Shown: one piece after another, positions 1 through 9,724 of the stretch | Layout of the letters: each line of letters opens with the position of its first letter | Position numbering within the stretch: position 1 is the first letter of the stretch | Assembly (NCBI GenBank): GCA_021371935.1 | Contig: JAJFVF010000009.1 | Coordinates: 67,803 to 131,802, forward strand | DNA length: 64,000 bases | Reading direction: 5' to 3' | DNA from: a bacterium | Lineage (GTDB): Bacteria; Armatimonadota; UBA5829 | The notes under the pieces: model-generated | Database searches by the model: none | What the model was told of the DNA's origin: nothing | What the model saw: the letters and a program-made list of their open reading frames with translations, nothing else | Position numbers and translations under genes: made by a program

Positions 1-1083
1 TGTCGGCTCGCCGTATCTGTTCAAATAGCCGAACCATTCACCGTATTCAGGGTCGGGGAATCTTTCCCATGCCCAGTCATGAATGCGCTTGAACCATTCA
101 GCCGACTCTTCACTTCCGGTCAGTTTGTATGCCATTGCAGTTGCGATCAGCGCCTCGTTATGTACCCACCACAGTTTCATATCCCACTGCAGCTCCAGAT
201 GAGGTTTTCCGAGAACGTCCATAAAGTAAAAGATGCCGCCGTGATCGGGGTCCCAGCCCTTTTTAAGCTCTGCGAGAATGATATCTGCTGCGCGCTGCAC
301 CAGATCATTTTCACCGGCTCTTGCAGCGATATTCATAATAAACCACATGGCTTCTATCGCATGACCGGGGTTGAGATGACGACCGCGCATTGAATCGAGG
401 TCAAATGATCTGTCATCTCTGACATTCTCGAACATGACCTGAAACTCAGGGTTCCAGAAAAGGTCCATTACCATTCGCACTGTGTTGATGGATTCGGAGC
501 AGGCGTCAATGCCACCGATGCACTCATCAAGCACAGCCATTAGGTTAGCCTTCATCATATAAAAGCCGAGCGCTTTCATCGGCTCGATGCCTTCCATCTC
601 CTTTGTCCACTCGCCTTTGGGTTTTGTCTCACACAACAGATAATTATCAAATGCTCTCAGGGCCTCTTTGCGAGCGTCTTCATCACCGGTTGCGCGATAA
701 TATGCAGCCGAACCCATTACAGCAAAACAATCGGAGAAAACCGAATATGCCGCCATGGCGGGTCTGCCGTCGCGGGCAAGAGAAAAGTAGTATCGCCCTT
801 TCTCATCACGTCCATGTTTTGTAAGAAAGTCGTACCCGAGTTTGGCCAGATCGAGCCACTCCTTCCTCGGTTCCAACTTGTTGTACAGCTCGCAAAACAT
901 CCACACTTTGCGCCACTGCATCCACATGAACTTCTCAGAGTCATAGACGCTGCCGTCCCTACCGAGACAGTCGAAATAGCCGCCATACTCACGGTCCGGG
1001 CAGTTCTTCTCCCAGAAGGGAATGCAATCGCTCACAAGAGCACTGCGGTAGATATCTGCGTAAGAATCTAAAACTGTATTCAT
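1..1083 (-). CDS. AGE-family sugar epimerase/isomerase (N-acylglucosamine 2-epimerase / cellobiose 2-epimerase superfamily). The 3' end runs off the window start, so the gene is partial.
   Basis: Manual minus-strand translation from the ATG at 1083 gives MNTVLDSYADIYRSALVSDCIPFWEKNCPDREYGGYFDCLG... and further on ...GGIFYFMDVLGKPHLELQWDMKLWWVHNEALIATAMAYKLTGSEESAEWF..., which are typical AGE-fold motifs. It is missing from the ORF track because no stop codon falls inside the window. The plus-strand ORFs in 79-1071 are shadows of this gene. Confidence 0.6.
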   Translation of the reverse strand, partial: MNTVLDSYADIYRSALVSDCIPFWEKNCPDREYGGYFDCLGRDGSVYDSEKFMWMQWRKVWMFCELYNKLEPRKEWLDLAKLGYDFLTKHGRDEKGRYYFSLARDGRPAMAAYSVFSDCFAVMGSAAYYRATGDEDARKEALRAFDNYLLCETKPKGEWTKEMEGIEPMKALGFYMMKANLMAVLDECIGGIDACSESINTVRMVMDLFWNPEFQVMFENVRDDRSFDLDSMRGRHLNPGHAIEAMWFIMNIAARAGENDLVQRAADIILAELKKGWDPDHGGIFYFMDVLGKPHLELQWDMKLWWVHNEALIATAMAYKLTGSEESAEWFKRIHDWAWERFPDPEYGEWFGYLNRYGEPT

Positions 1084-1094
1084 CACATATCCTT

Positions 1095-2279
1095 TTATGG
1101 CAGCAGTGAAAGCCCAAGTATATCCATCGCGAACGTGAATGAAATTGGGGCATTTGTCCAGCCGCTGTATATGCTGTTGGCTCCACCTTCGTATTTATCG
1201 CCTCCGCCCCAGGCGTGCTTTTTCATATCATACATTCCTCGCCAGCAGCCATTAAGGTGTGGGACAGGGGTGTCATCCTGTATTTTTGCAAGCAGGCGGA
1301 CTGATCGCTCATAAGCCTCGCGATAGGTTTTATCGCCGGTCAGCTTCCATATTGCGTGCAGGCCGATGGTGCACCAGTTTTGAGTATAGATAGTGTCCAC
1401 GAGACTCTTGCCGATGGGAGCCTCATCGTATTCGCTTGGAATCGCCCCTTCAGGGGACATAACGGACACAATATAATCCGCGCTCGCTCCGGCTTCTTTC
1501 AGGAAACATTCATCACCCAAAGTGGCGGCACAGCATGTGCTGCCGATCAAATAATAGCCGTGCTCACTGCTCGAAAATTCATCTTTCTTGTCCTGAACTT
1601 TGTCAATATACTCCAGCGCAGTCGAGCGCAAAGCGGCGTTTTCGGATATTTGCCAGCTGTGAGCAAATGCCATAAGTGCCAGCCCCATAAAATGGGGGGA
1701 TAGTTTTGAGCCGCTTAACTGCGGCTTGTTGCCGTCAAAGAATGACTGAATACACTCTTGCAGCGACTCGATCGTTTCTACTCCCCTTTCAATAAGAGCA
1801 TATTTCTCATTGAGCCAGGAATACCTCGTGCCGATCATTATCGATAGCGTTCCATTCCAGGCGTTGTCATCTACATAGTATAACGGCCACCACTGACCCG
1901 CTGCCCAGCGCCACATTCCTCGCGGCACGGTCTCATCAGTTTTATTTCGCTGGCCGCTCCTTGCATGAAGATAGTGGATGATGTTGCTTCCAACTGCAGA
2001 CATCCGCTCGTCCTCGAAGACCTCTGATGCAAGCAGAAACATTAGCGCCGCCTCAAAATTGCAGTCTGGACGGCGGTGTTCAAAGACCAGATATCCATCG
2101 CAGGACGTATAGTTCGGAAAATCACGCATCATTTTTTCGAGTGCGGAGTTGTTTTGGGTCAGGGCTATTCTTTCGCCTACTCCCCAACTTCCGTCTGCAG
2201 GGTCCATTATTCCGGACTTGTCGAACCATTCCAGATTACGTTTCAATGAGGTTGTTTCGATGTGTTTTATTTCATCCAT
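1095..2279 (-). CDS. Six-hairpin (alpha/alpha)6 glycosidase/isomerase-like protein, family unresolved. It is probably co-transcribed with the AGE gene, which lies 12 nt downstream.
   Basis: 394 aa and Trp-rich (WRWAAGQWWPLYYVDDNAWNG), with a C-terminal GLHAIWKLTGDKTYREAYERSVRLL motif typical of six-hairpin glycosidases. Confidence 0.4.
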   Translation of the reverse strand: MDEIKHIETTSLKRNLEWFDKSGIMDPADGSWGVGERIALTQNNSALEKMMRDFPNYTSCDGYLVFEHRRPDCNFEAALMFLLASEVFEDERMSAVGSNIIHYLHARSGQRNKTDETVPRGMWRWAAGQWWPLYYVDDNAWNGTLSIMIGTRYSWLNEKYALIERGVETIESLQECIQSFFDGNKPQLSGSKLSPHFMGLALMAFAHSWQISENAALRSTALEYIDKVQDKKDEFSSSEHGYYLIGSTCCAATLGDECFLKEAGASADYIVSVMSPEGAIPSEYDEAPIGKSLVDTIYTQNWCTIGLHAIWKLTGDKTYREAYERSVRLLAKIQDDTPVPHLNGCWRGMYDMKKHAWGGGDKYEGGANSIYSGWTNAPISFTFAMDILGLSLLP

Positions 2280-2488
2280 TGTTTCTAGAGCTCAAAAGTA
2301 TAATATTTTTAGCAGGGTATCTATAGTATAGCGCTTTGCCTTCGTTATTGAAATGCTGTCGTATAAATTACATCATTTCTGCTGGTGAGAGAAGCGGCTG
2401 GAGGTTAACGATGCACAGATGGCAGAGCTTGAATTGACGCAGGATAAGGATGTGTTAGCGTGAATTTGTGGATTTCAAAAAGGATTCT

Positions 2489-3016
2489 TTAATGAGAGCG
2501 GTCTTGAAGAGAGCGCAGAAACTCTTCTTCTTTAGCGGCCAGGTCAGCCTCGCTCAGGCGCTTGACGGGTTGGTCTTCAGTCTCATCCGGGTCTGGTGCC
2601 CGAGCGGGACCCTGATGACCGGCGGCATTATCTTTTTCCGAACCTGCTTTTTCAGATGTCTGGCCGGCTTTCTTTTTAGGTCCTTTTGTAGGTTCCAGGT
2701 CTTTTTTTGAGACGAGTATTTTATAGCTTATAGTGAGTTTTTTCTGGTCTTCAGAAAGCCTGTTTCGAGCTTCACCCGATAGGCCGTTGAGCCATCTTTT
2801 TCTCTCGAACTCCTGAGTGTCAAGATGCCTCTTGCGTGCATCCTCTGTCAGGCTGTCAATATCTATGTCAACGCATACCGTGTCGTCATCATATACTCTG
2901 TCCACACTTCCAACAAGTCCAGCGAAATACGCGAAGTACAGGCTGCTCTTTACATCGTCATTTGTGACCTCTCTTGTTTTGACCTGCACCGTATCTCCGA
3001 CTTTCAACTCCGCCAT
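2489..3016 (-). CDS. Hypothetical protein with a charged, K/E-rich C-terminus.
   Basis: ORF with a GGGAGG RBS 7 nt upstream of the ATG at 3016 (MAELKVGDTVQV...). The track ORF extends to 3043, but the internal start has the RBS. Confidence 0.4.
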   Translation of the reverse strand: MAELKVGDTVQVKTREVTNDDVKSSLYFAYFAGLVGSVDRVYDDDTVCVDIDIDSLTEDARKRHLDTQEFERKRWLNGLSGEARNRLSEDQKKLTISYKILVSKKDLEPTKGPKKKAGQTSEKAGSEKDNAAGHQGPARAPDPDETEDQPVKRLSEADLAAKEEEFLRSLQDRSH

Positions 3017-3074
3017 ATGTAATCCTCCCGATTGGCATTTCACTATAACATCATATCACTTCCGAGCCTGAATT

Positions 3075-4340
3075 TCACCTTTTTGGAATTACAATAGTCA
3101 CCGTAGTCCCCTTGCATTCTTCGCTGACAATGCTCAGTATCCCACCATGCGCTTCAACCAGTCTGCTCGCAATGCTCAGTCCCAGACCAGAGTGGCAGTC
3201 ACCGGGTGTCCTGGCCGCATCCGCTCGATAAAACGGTTCGAGCACGCTGCCGATATCCTCACGCCTAATGCCCTTTCCCGTATCCTTGATGACGATTTTG
3301 ATCTGCTCGCCGTCCTCCAGAGTCATATCCACACGCGACCCCTCACCGGCATAACTGATCGCGTTGTCTATAATATTGTCGAGCACCTGCGTAATTCTAT
3401 CGGGGTCGATCTCTGCGATAATTGGATTCCCCTCAGTCAGTGGCTGAATAATAACTCCGGCTTGGACAGCTTCCGGATTATGTGAGTGGATAACAGATGC
3501 AGCGAGTTCTCTTATTTCCACTTCACGAACGTTGAGTGGGAACTCATCAAGATCAATTTTGGCCAATTCCATCAGATCCCTTACCAAACGAAGAAGGCGT
3601 TCCGACGTGTCCTCCAGAGCAGATATAGCTCTTTCCTTACGTTCGGGATCATCTGCGACTCCGTCTGAAAGAGCACCTGCCATAGTGCGCATAGTGGTTA
3701 CCGGACTACGAAATTCGTGCGCTATATCGGCAAGAAACTGTCTTCTGCGTTCGGCATCTTTTTCAAGACGATTGATCTGATCAGAAACCTGCCTGGCCAT
3801 ATCGTTCATTGATTCGGCAACCTCAGAAAACTCACTTTTGCCACTGACCGATATTCGGTAATTGAAATCACCGGATTGAAATGCTTCGGCGCCTTTCGTC
3901 AATTGTGAGAGCGGCCGGGTAAACCTGCGCCCAAGCCAGGCTCCTGCAAGGACTGCCAGTCCGAGAGCTACTCCAAGTCTAATAAAAGACCACTTCAGAT
4001 CAAATGGTATGAATGAGTCTCTTGGAGGTTTTCTGATGGGCTCTCGTTCAGTTGGTGGTTTGAAATTGTCCATAATTTTCGGATTTGGTGGAAGATGGCG
4101 TTCATGCCTGGGAGGAAAAGGGGTGCGTCCACTCAAGAATTCCATCCATCCAAATTTAGGTTCCGGCATAGGCCTTGGATAGAGTTCAGGATGCTTTACC
4201 ATCTCCTGCTGAAATGAGCGGATGTTGAGATAGTTGGAATAGTTAGTGATTCCTGCGCTGATGACCCAGCTCAATACAATGGTCAACAATATTGCCATAG
4301 TCAGGCTGACGCGGACATTAACTCTAGGGACGATACGCAT
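3075..4340 (-). CDS. Sensor histidine kinase (membrane, HisKA + HATPase_c).
   Basis: H-box FLADIAHEFRSPVTTM; the ATP-binding region DNAISYAGEGS...IKDTGKGIRRED...GLGLSIASRLVEAHGG; N-terminal TM segments. Confidence 0.85.
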   Translation of the reverse strand: MRIVPRVNVRVSLTMAILLTIVLSWVISAGITNYSNYLNIRSFQQEMVKHPELYPRPMPEPKFGWMEFLSGRTPFPPRHERHLPPNPKIMDNFKPPTEREPIRKPPRDSFIPFDLKWSFIRLGVALGLAVLAGAWLGRRFTRPLSQLTKGAEAFQSGDFNYRISVSGKSEFSEVAESMNDMARQVSDQINRLEKDAERRRQFLADIAHEFRSPVTTMRTMAGALSDGVADDPERKERAISALEDTSERLLRLVRDLMELAKIDLDEFPLNVREVEIRELAASVIHSHNPEAVQAGVIIQPLTEGNPIIAEIDPDRITQVLDNIIDNAISYAGEGSRVDMTLEDGEQIKIVIKDTGKGIRREDIGSVLEPFYRADAARTPGDCHSGLGLSIASRLVEAHGGILSIVSEECKGTTVTIVIPKR

Positions 4341-4998
4341 ATCCGACTCCCCTCACTGTCGCAATAGGAAAATCTACGCATCCTGCGCCTATGAGTTTTT
4401 CGCGCAGTCTGTATACCAAATTATCGACCAGACGCAGTTCGCCGTAAAAGTCATTTCCCCATATTACTTCCACCAGATGCTCGCGTGAGAGCACGATCTG
4501 CGGGCTGCCCATAAGTGAGGCAAGCAAATTGAATTCCATTGCAGTAAGCTCGACTGCAACCTCATCCACGCTGACGCGGTGCTCGGCAACGCAAAGCTCC
4601 AGGTTGTTCCAACGGTATGAAGCATCCGGTGGCTTACTGCGGCCTTTTCTGCGCAGCAGTGCCTCAACTCTTGCAAGTAATTCGGATGTGTGGAAAGGCT
4701 TGGTTACGTAGTCGTCGGCACCGTTCTTAAGTGCTCGGACCTTGTCTATCTCGCCGTCTTTGGCTGAGAGCATCATTATCATAGCATCCGAAGAGCGGCG
4801 TATAATCTCGCATACTTTGACCCCATCCATCTTCGGCATCATGATGTCCAGAATTACAAGGTCGGGACCTCTATCGTTAAATAGTTCAACAGCCGCTTGG
4901 CCGTCCGTTGCCGATATAACTTCATATCCCTCGGCTTCCAGATACCAGCGAAGGCCTTCCATCAGATCGGCATCATCATCAACGATCTCAATAAGCAT
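4324..4998 (-). CDS. OmpR-family response regulator (receiver + winged helix).
   Basis: The receiver domain has the DLVILDIMMPKMDG motif, and the C-terminal winged-helix motif is ...VRGVGYAYRP. A 17 nt overlap with the downstream kinase gene indicates an operon. Confidence 0.85.
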   Translation of the reverse strand: MLIEIVDDDADLMEGLRWYLEAEGYEVISATDGQAAVELFNDRGPDLVILDIMMPKMDGVKVCEIIRRSSDAMIMMLSAKDGEIDKVRALKNGADDYVTKPFHTSELLARVEALLRRKGRSKPPDASYRWNNLELCVAEHRVSVDEVAVELTAMEFNLLASLMGSPQIVLSREHLVEVIWGNDFYGELRLVDNLVYRLREKLIGAGCVDFPIATVRGVGYAYRP

Positions 4999-5108
4999 GA
5001 TTTCCTCGTCATTTTCTGACTATAACCACTTCGATTCTAGCATGCGCAGGGTCATTCGGCAAACGGCATGATCAAGCGATTTTTAGAGTGATGCAACTTA
5101 AATCTAAC

Positions 5109-5126
5109 TGTGATGCAGTTGTGATG
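5109..5126 (+). promoter_or_regulatory. Direct repeat TGTGATG-N4-TGTGATG (11 bp periodicity) in the divergent intergenic region between the response regulator and the LTXXQ gene. Candidate response-regulator box.
   Basis: Seen directly: aacTGTGATGcagtTGTGATGaa. Confidence 0.3.
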
Positions 5127-5341
5127 AATTTGCGGAACTGGCGGCAGGCGCATATGCGTCATAGCAACTGAAAGCGACCGTCGAAATGACGGGCTTTCTG
5201 CAGTCATTAAAGCAGTCAGATTGATTCTGAACTTTTCATCAGGAATCGTGGCATGAACACTCTCGTGACTGCTTTGCAGCGTTGTTGTGTTCGCCACGAA
5301 GGGAACGAAAATGCTCCGCATTTTCGAAGGAGGAGTCCGAA

Positions 5342-5872
5342 ATGAAGACCAAAGTTTTGATTGGATTAGTGCTGGCGATGATTTTGTGTATGACACCGGT
5401 TTGGTGTCAACAGGGCGGTCCCAGACAGGGCGGGGTGGGAATGTCCAGCGTAGTGATGACAGTGATGCCGCCGCAGGCCAACATGATCGATCGGCTGGCA
5501 GAGCAGCTCGATCTCACCGAAGATCAGGTGAGCAGCCTGAAGACGGTCTTGACTGAGGGCAATACGACCGTTCAGTCGCTTCAAAAGACGTCCAGTTCGG
5601 CGGCGCAGGCTCTTCGCAAAGCCTTATTTGCGTCAACATATGATGCCGATGCAGTGGCTGATGCCGCAGCAAAGGCGGAGAAGGCGGAAGCGGCTGTTGT
5701 GACCGCAAGCATAAATGTGTGGGTACAGATAAGAGAGGTTTTGACTGCCGATCAGATCACTGCTCTCCAGTCGGCTACCACATTTTCCGGCGGTCCTGGT
5801 GGTCCCGGTGGACAGGGCAGACCTGGTGGACCTCCACCCGATGGGTCGTCCACATCCGGCGGCCAATTCTGA
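5342..5872 (+). CDS. Spy/CpxP-like periplasmic protein (LTXXQ family) with a Gly/Pro-rich C-terminal tail.
   Basis: Signal peptide MKTKVLIGLVLAMILCMTPVWC; two LTXXQ motifs (LDLTEDQ, VLTADQ); GGAGG RBS before the ATG at 5342. Confidence 0.55.
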   Translation: MKTKVLIGLVLAMILCMTPVWCQQGGPRQGGVGMSSVVMTVMPPQANMIDRLAEQLDLTEDQVSSLKTVLTEGNTTVQSLQKTSSSAAQALRKALFASTYDADAVADAAAKAEKAEAAVVTASINVWVQIREVLTADQITALQSATTFSGGPGGPGGQGRPGGPPPDGSSTSGGQF

Positions 5873-5913
5873 TGTGCAGCGTCCTGGCAAGCATAAAATA
5901 GGCGCTGCCATTA

Positions 5914-5947
5914 AGCCCCCGCCACTCTCTCCCGCGGGGGCTTTTTG
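5914..5947. terminator. Rho-independent terminator hairpin (GC stem cccccgc/gcggggg followed by CTTTTTG) between convergent genes.
   Basis: Seen in sequence: aagcccccgccactctctcccgcgggggctttttg. Confidence 0.55.
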
Positions 5948-5994
5948 CATAATTATCTCCGATTTTAAAAAGCAAATTTATCACAAAGCCGGGT

Positions 5995-8103
5995 TTATAA
6001 TATGTCGTATGTTCCGAACTGCTTCCATCCGGTATTCAGATTGTTGATATCATCTGCATACAGATAAACCCCGCAAGTTGTGCCGCGCAGCGCATTTTTG
6101 ATTGCTATTCGCCACTGCACTGTAATATTATATTTTGTTTTCAGCACTCTTGTATCTCCCAAGTAAACGATTACCTGTCTGTTCTGCAGGGTCGAGCTTG
6201 AACCGGGTAGATATCCACCCAACCATGCAGTATCGGTATCGTTTCTGAGGTAGATCCTTCCAGTTTTCTGATCATAACGCAGATATATCCCATTGGCTCC
6301 ACTCATACTGGTATTGATGAGCATTATGCAGTTGCGCAAATACTGATAGCCTCGACCATGGCCGTATTCACTGGATATCGTATATTTCGTCAAATAGCTG
6401 AGGAATGTGCCGCTCGTCGGCGACAGACCGACCAGAGACGGCCCCCAAGGAGCGATATTGTAGACAGCCGTAGCGATATCGCTGTCCAGACACCCGGCTC
6501 CTGCAGCCATTGCCTTAAGTATGGTTGTGACATTGACTTGTATAGGATCAGTGTACACCGGGCTTGAACTTGTTGGATCAGAACCGTCAGTAGTATAGTA
6601 AATTGTTGCGCCTGGAACTGAGCAGTTAATTGATACACATATCGAAGTATATGTCCCTGCAGGCGGATCAAATGTCGGAGTCGGCATCTGCCAGGTGAAT
6701 GATGTATCGGCTTCTGCGCTGTCGTCATATGCATCGGAGTAAGCTATTGCCTTCACCTGCACCCCGAATATAGAAAACGGACCAGTATATTCAGTGCCGT
6801 TAGTCCGAGTTGGCGTGCTGTCGTCGGTGGTGTAGCGTATGGTCACTCCGGGTGTGGCGTCTGTGATAGTGACTGTCACATAGTCGTTAAACGAGCCGGT
6901 ATTGGGAGTTATCACCGGTGTTTCGGCCACATACACTTCATCCGCTCCGATGTCGACTGCAGCGCCATTAATCCTGTCCTGACCATCCATGTCAGGCCAA
7001 TCAGGCGGCACATCAGCATCTGTTCCGGCATTGATAAGCGTCGACGTTGCAAGCAGGTGATAATCTTCGCCAAGATAGTCCCTGAACAAGGGATCGACAT
7101 TCAGGTCCGATGGGTGCGACACCAATACACTATAATCATAGTCTGTGTTGCCGTATACATCGTTTGTGTGAAGAACTGGAGCAGCATTGGTACTGTAAAT
7201 CCCCGATGAGCAGAAAGCAATTATGTTGTTTGCAATCGTTGGTGAGGAACTATCGCTGTATATTCCTCCACCATCTATGCCTTCACCTGTTTCATTGTCA
7301 ACGATGGTATTGTTCACAATGAGTGTAGTGCAGCCATCTTCCATTAATATGCCGGCACCTTCAGCACCGGAAGTATTCATCGCGATCACATTGTTGCTTA
7401 TGGTAGAAGGACAGGCTGCGATATATATAGCTCCTGCCCAGTATGCGCTATTGTATGCGATATAGTTGTTTGTAACTGTTGCGGCTCCTCCGCTGGCCGA
7501 GCAGATTCCGCCTCCAACGTAAGCGCTGTTGCCGACAATGCTGTTATAGGCAATAAGCGGGGCAGCATTCGGTCCGATATAAATTCCTCCGCCCCATTCG
7601 CCATTGTTGCCTGCAATGTAGTTGTGTGTAATTGTCGGCGAACCCCAGCAGAGGATTCCGGCACCGTGATAGTTGCCATAAACATCGTATTCGCCTATTC
7701 CGTTAGTGACCACAAAGCCGTCGAGTACGGCGCTCTCAGTCAATCCGTAAGTAGCCAATACAGTCTCTCGCTGCATATTACCGTCGAGTATGGAGAAGTA
7801 TTGGTTATAATCTCTCTGGTCTCTGGAGGTCTCGTTTCCACAGAAACCGCCATACAGGGCAACTTCCTGCTTCAGCGCAAGAGGTTGGACCACATATGTC
7901 CCTTCAGCTACCCATACTTCATCACCGATACGTGCCGACGCAATTCCCGTAATAACTGAACGGTAGGCAGTCCTCCAGGTTTTCCCATCCTGTCTTCCTC
8001 TCGAATCCCATTTGACATAAACCACGGCGGCCATTGTCTGAAGTGAAAGCATCAAAAACAGCATTACGATCAAAAATGTGGTGCGCAGTTTTCCAAGATA
8101 CAT
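5995..8103 (-). CDS. Secreted right-handed parallel beta-helix (PbH1/pectin-lyase-fold) protein with chitobiase/Fn3-like beta-sandwich domains and an unknown C-terminal domain.
   Basis: Signal peptide; repeated N-N-x-I-x-x-N turns (NNYIAYN, NNVIAMN, NNTIVDN, NNIIAF); DIGADE motif; GATIYYTTDGSDPT chitobiase-C-like segments. It is paralogous to the N-terminal modules of the 1627 aa protein. Confidence 0.6.
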   Translation of the reverse strand: MYLGKLRTTFLIVMLFLMLSLQTMAAVVYVKWDSRGRQDGKTWRTAYRSVITGIASARIGDEVWVAEGTYVVQPLALKQEVALYGGFCGNETSRDQRDYNQYFSILDGNMQRETVLATYGLTESAVLDGFVVTNGIGEYDVYGNYHGAGILCWGSPTITHNYIAGNNGEWGGGIYIGPNAAPLIAYNSIVGNSAYVGGGICSASGGAATVTNNYIAYNSAYWAGAIYIAACPSTISNNVIAMNTSGAEGAGILMEDGCTTLIVNNTIVDNETGEGIDGGGIYSDSSSPTIANNIIAFCSSGIYSTNAAPVLHTNDVYGNTDYDYSVLVSHPSDLNVDPLFRDYLGEDYHLLATSTLINAGTDADVPPDWPDMDGQDRINGAAVDIGADEVYVAETPVITPNTGSFNDYVTVTITDATPGVTIRYTTDDSTPTRTNGTEYTGPFSIFGVQVKAIAYSDAYDDSAEADTSFTWQMPTPTFDPPAGTYTSICVSINCSVPGATIYYTTDGSDPTSSSPVYTDPIQVNVTTILKAMAAGAGCLDSDIATAVYNIAPWGPSLVGLSPTSGTFLSYLTKYTISSEYGHGRGYQYLRNCIMLINTSMSGANGIYLRYDQKTGRIYLRNDTDTAWLGGYLPGSSSTLQNRQVIVYLGDTRVLKTKYNITVQWRIAIKNALRGTTCGVYLYADDINNLNTGWKQFGTYDIL

Positions 8104-8275
8104 CGCGTTCTTTCCTCCTTATACGGTGATCGGCGATCTCCACGTCGAAAACGCTATTACCCCAATGCGCAAAATACGAAATGTTATTGCCTGATTGCCG
8201 TATAAATGTGGCGGTGTGGCATAGTGTGCGACGTTTGCAAGTCTGCTTAAAGAAGTAGTTGAGGAGGATTAAGAA

Positions 8276-9691
8276 TTATTTGTTCGTCTTGGCTTTTGCC
8301 CCAGCAATCCCAGGTTTAGTCATCTCGACTGTTGAAAGGATCTTATCGAGCTGCTCTTTGGTGAATATACCCTTTTCCAGCGCGACCTGCCGGATAGTTT
8401 TGCCCATCTTTTCAGCTTCAAGTGCAAGTTCGGATGCAGCCTCATAACCTATGTGCGGGCTTAATGCAGTGAGAATTGCGAAACTGCCTTCAACCAGAGC
8501 GCAGCAGCGCTCGGAGTCAACCTCTATCCCACTGACACACTTATCAGCCAGCAACAGCGATGACCTTTGGAGCAATTGGAGCGATTGGAAGAGATTGTGC
8601 GAAAGCATCGGCAGGAATGCGTTGAGTTCAAGTTGCCCGCTCATAGCCGCGATTGCGATCGCATGGTCATTCGCCATTATCTGGAACGCAGCCTGGCTCA
8701 CAGCCTCAGTTGCGACCGGGTTCACCTTACCCGGCATTATAGAGCTTCCAGCCTGCAAGGCCGGCAGTTTTATTTCGCCAATTCCGGCTTTGGGACCGGA
8801 ACTGAGTATTCGCAGGTCTGAAGCTATCTTTGCGAGGTTTACCGCAGCCGCCTTGATGAGCCCGGATACCTCCACAAACACGTCAGTATTTTGAGTTACA
8901 TCTATCATATTTTCAGCGCGCGCAAGCGGGACACCCGTGATCTCGCGGAGTATATCGACCACGATGTATACATATTTTTGATCGGCATTGAGTCCAGTGC
9001 CCACAGCGGTCCCGCCGAGATTGACCTGTCTCAGACGCTCCTCGACTTTATACAGTCTCCACCAGTCACGCTGAACAGCCTGTGCCCAGGCTGCGAATTC
9101 CTGCCCAAGAGTGATCGGCACAGCGTCCTGCATCTCTGTCCGGCCAGTTTTGAGCACTGATGCGAACGCATTCTCTTTCTCTTGAAGAGCACGCTGCAAT
9201 TGAGATGCTGCTTTGCTTACCGGGATCAGCAGGCGTATGGCGGCGAGCTTGACGGCTGTCGGGAAGACATCATTTGTAGATTGAGCCAGGTTCACATGAT
9301 CGAGCGGATGAACGATGCTGTAATCGCCCTTTATGCCGCCGAGGATTTCAATCGCACGGTTGGCGATTACCTCGTTGGCATTCATATTGGCCGATGTCCC
9401 CGCACCCCCCTGGAAAACATCAGTAATAAACTGATCGTGAAGATGACCTGATGCTATTTCGTCACATGCCCCGGTTATTGCCTCGGCTATGCGCTTGTTT
9501 ATGTGGCCGGTGCGCATGTTAGCCAGAGCGCAGGCTTTCTTTACCTCGGCCAGCGCGCGAATAAGCTCCGGGTGAAGTTCGATGCCCGAGAGGTCGAAAT
9601 TTTTGTGGGCACGAAGCGTATGGATCCCATAATACGCATCCGCCGGCACTTCCATCATGCCCAGCAGGTCATGCTCGATTCTTGTTTTCAT
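8276..9691 (-). CDS. aspA: Aspartate ammonia-lyase (fumarase/aspartase family).
   Basis: GSSIMPGKVNPV signature. QGGAGTSANMN and HVNLAQSTND match the aspartase variant rather than the class II fumarase variant (QTGSGTQ). Confidence 0.7.
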   Translation of the reverse strand: MKTRIEHDLLGMMEVPADAYYGIHTLRAHKNFDLSGIELHPELIRALAEVKKACALANMRTGHINKRIAEAITGACDEIASGHLHDQFITDVFQGGAGTSANMNANEVIANRAIEILGGIKGDYSIVHPLDHVNLAQSTNDVFPTAVKLAAIRLLIPVSKAASQLQRALQEKENAFASVLKTGRTEMQDAVPITLGQEFAAWAQAVQRDWWRLYKVEERLRQVNLGGTAVGTGLNADQKYVYIVVDILREITGVPLARAENMIDVTQNTDVFVEVSGLIKAAAVNLAKIASDLRILSSGPKAGIGEIKLPALQAGSSIMPGKVNPVATEAVSQAAFQIMANDHAIAIAAMSGQLELNAFLPMLSHNLFQSLQLLQRSSLLLADKCVSGIEVDSERCCALVEGSFAILTALSPHIGYEAASELALEAEKMGKTIRQVALEKGIFTKEQLDKILSTVEMTKPGIAGAKAKTNK

Positions 9692-9724
9692 ATCGACATT
9701 ATATCACGATGTAAAGCGGCAGGC

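Noticed and set aside
79-1186. Several plus-strand and minus-strand ORFs of 60-104 aa from the track (79-393, 603-824, 717-992, 814-1071, 989-1186).
   Set aside because: They overlap the manually translated AGE-family gene on the minus strand (1-1083), which has coherent family motifs throughout. They are shadow ORFs.
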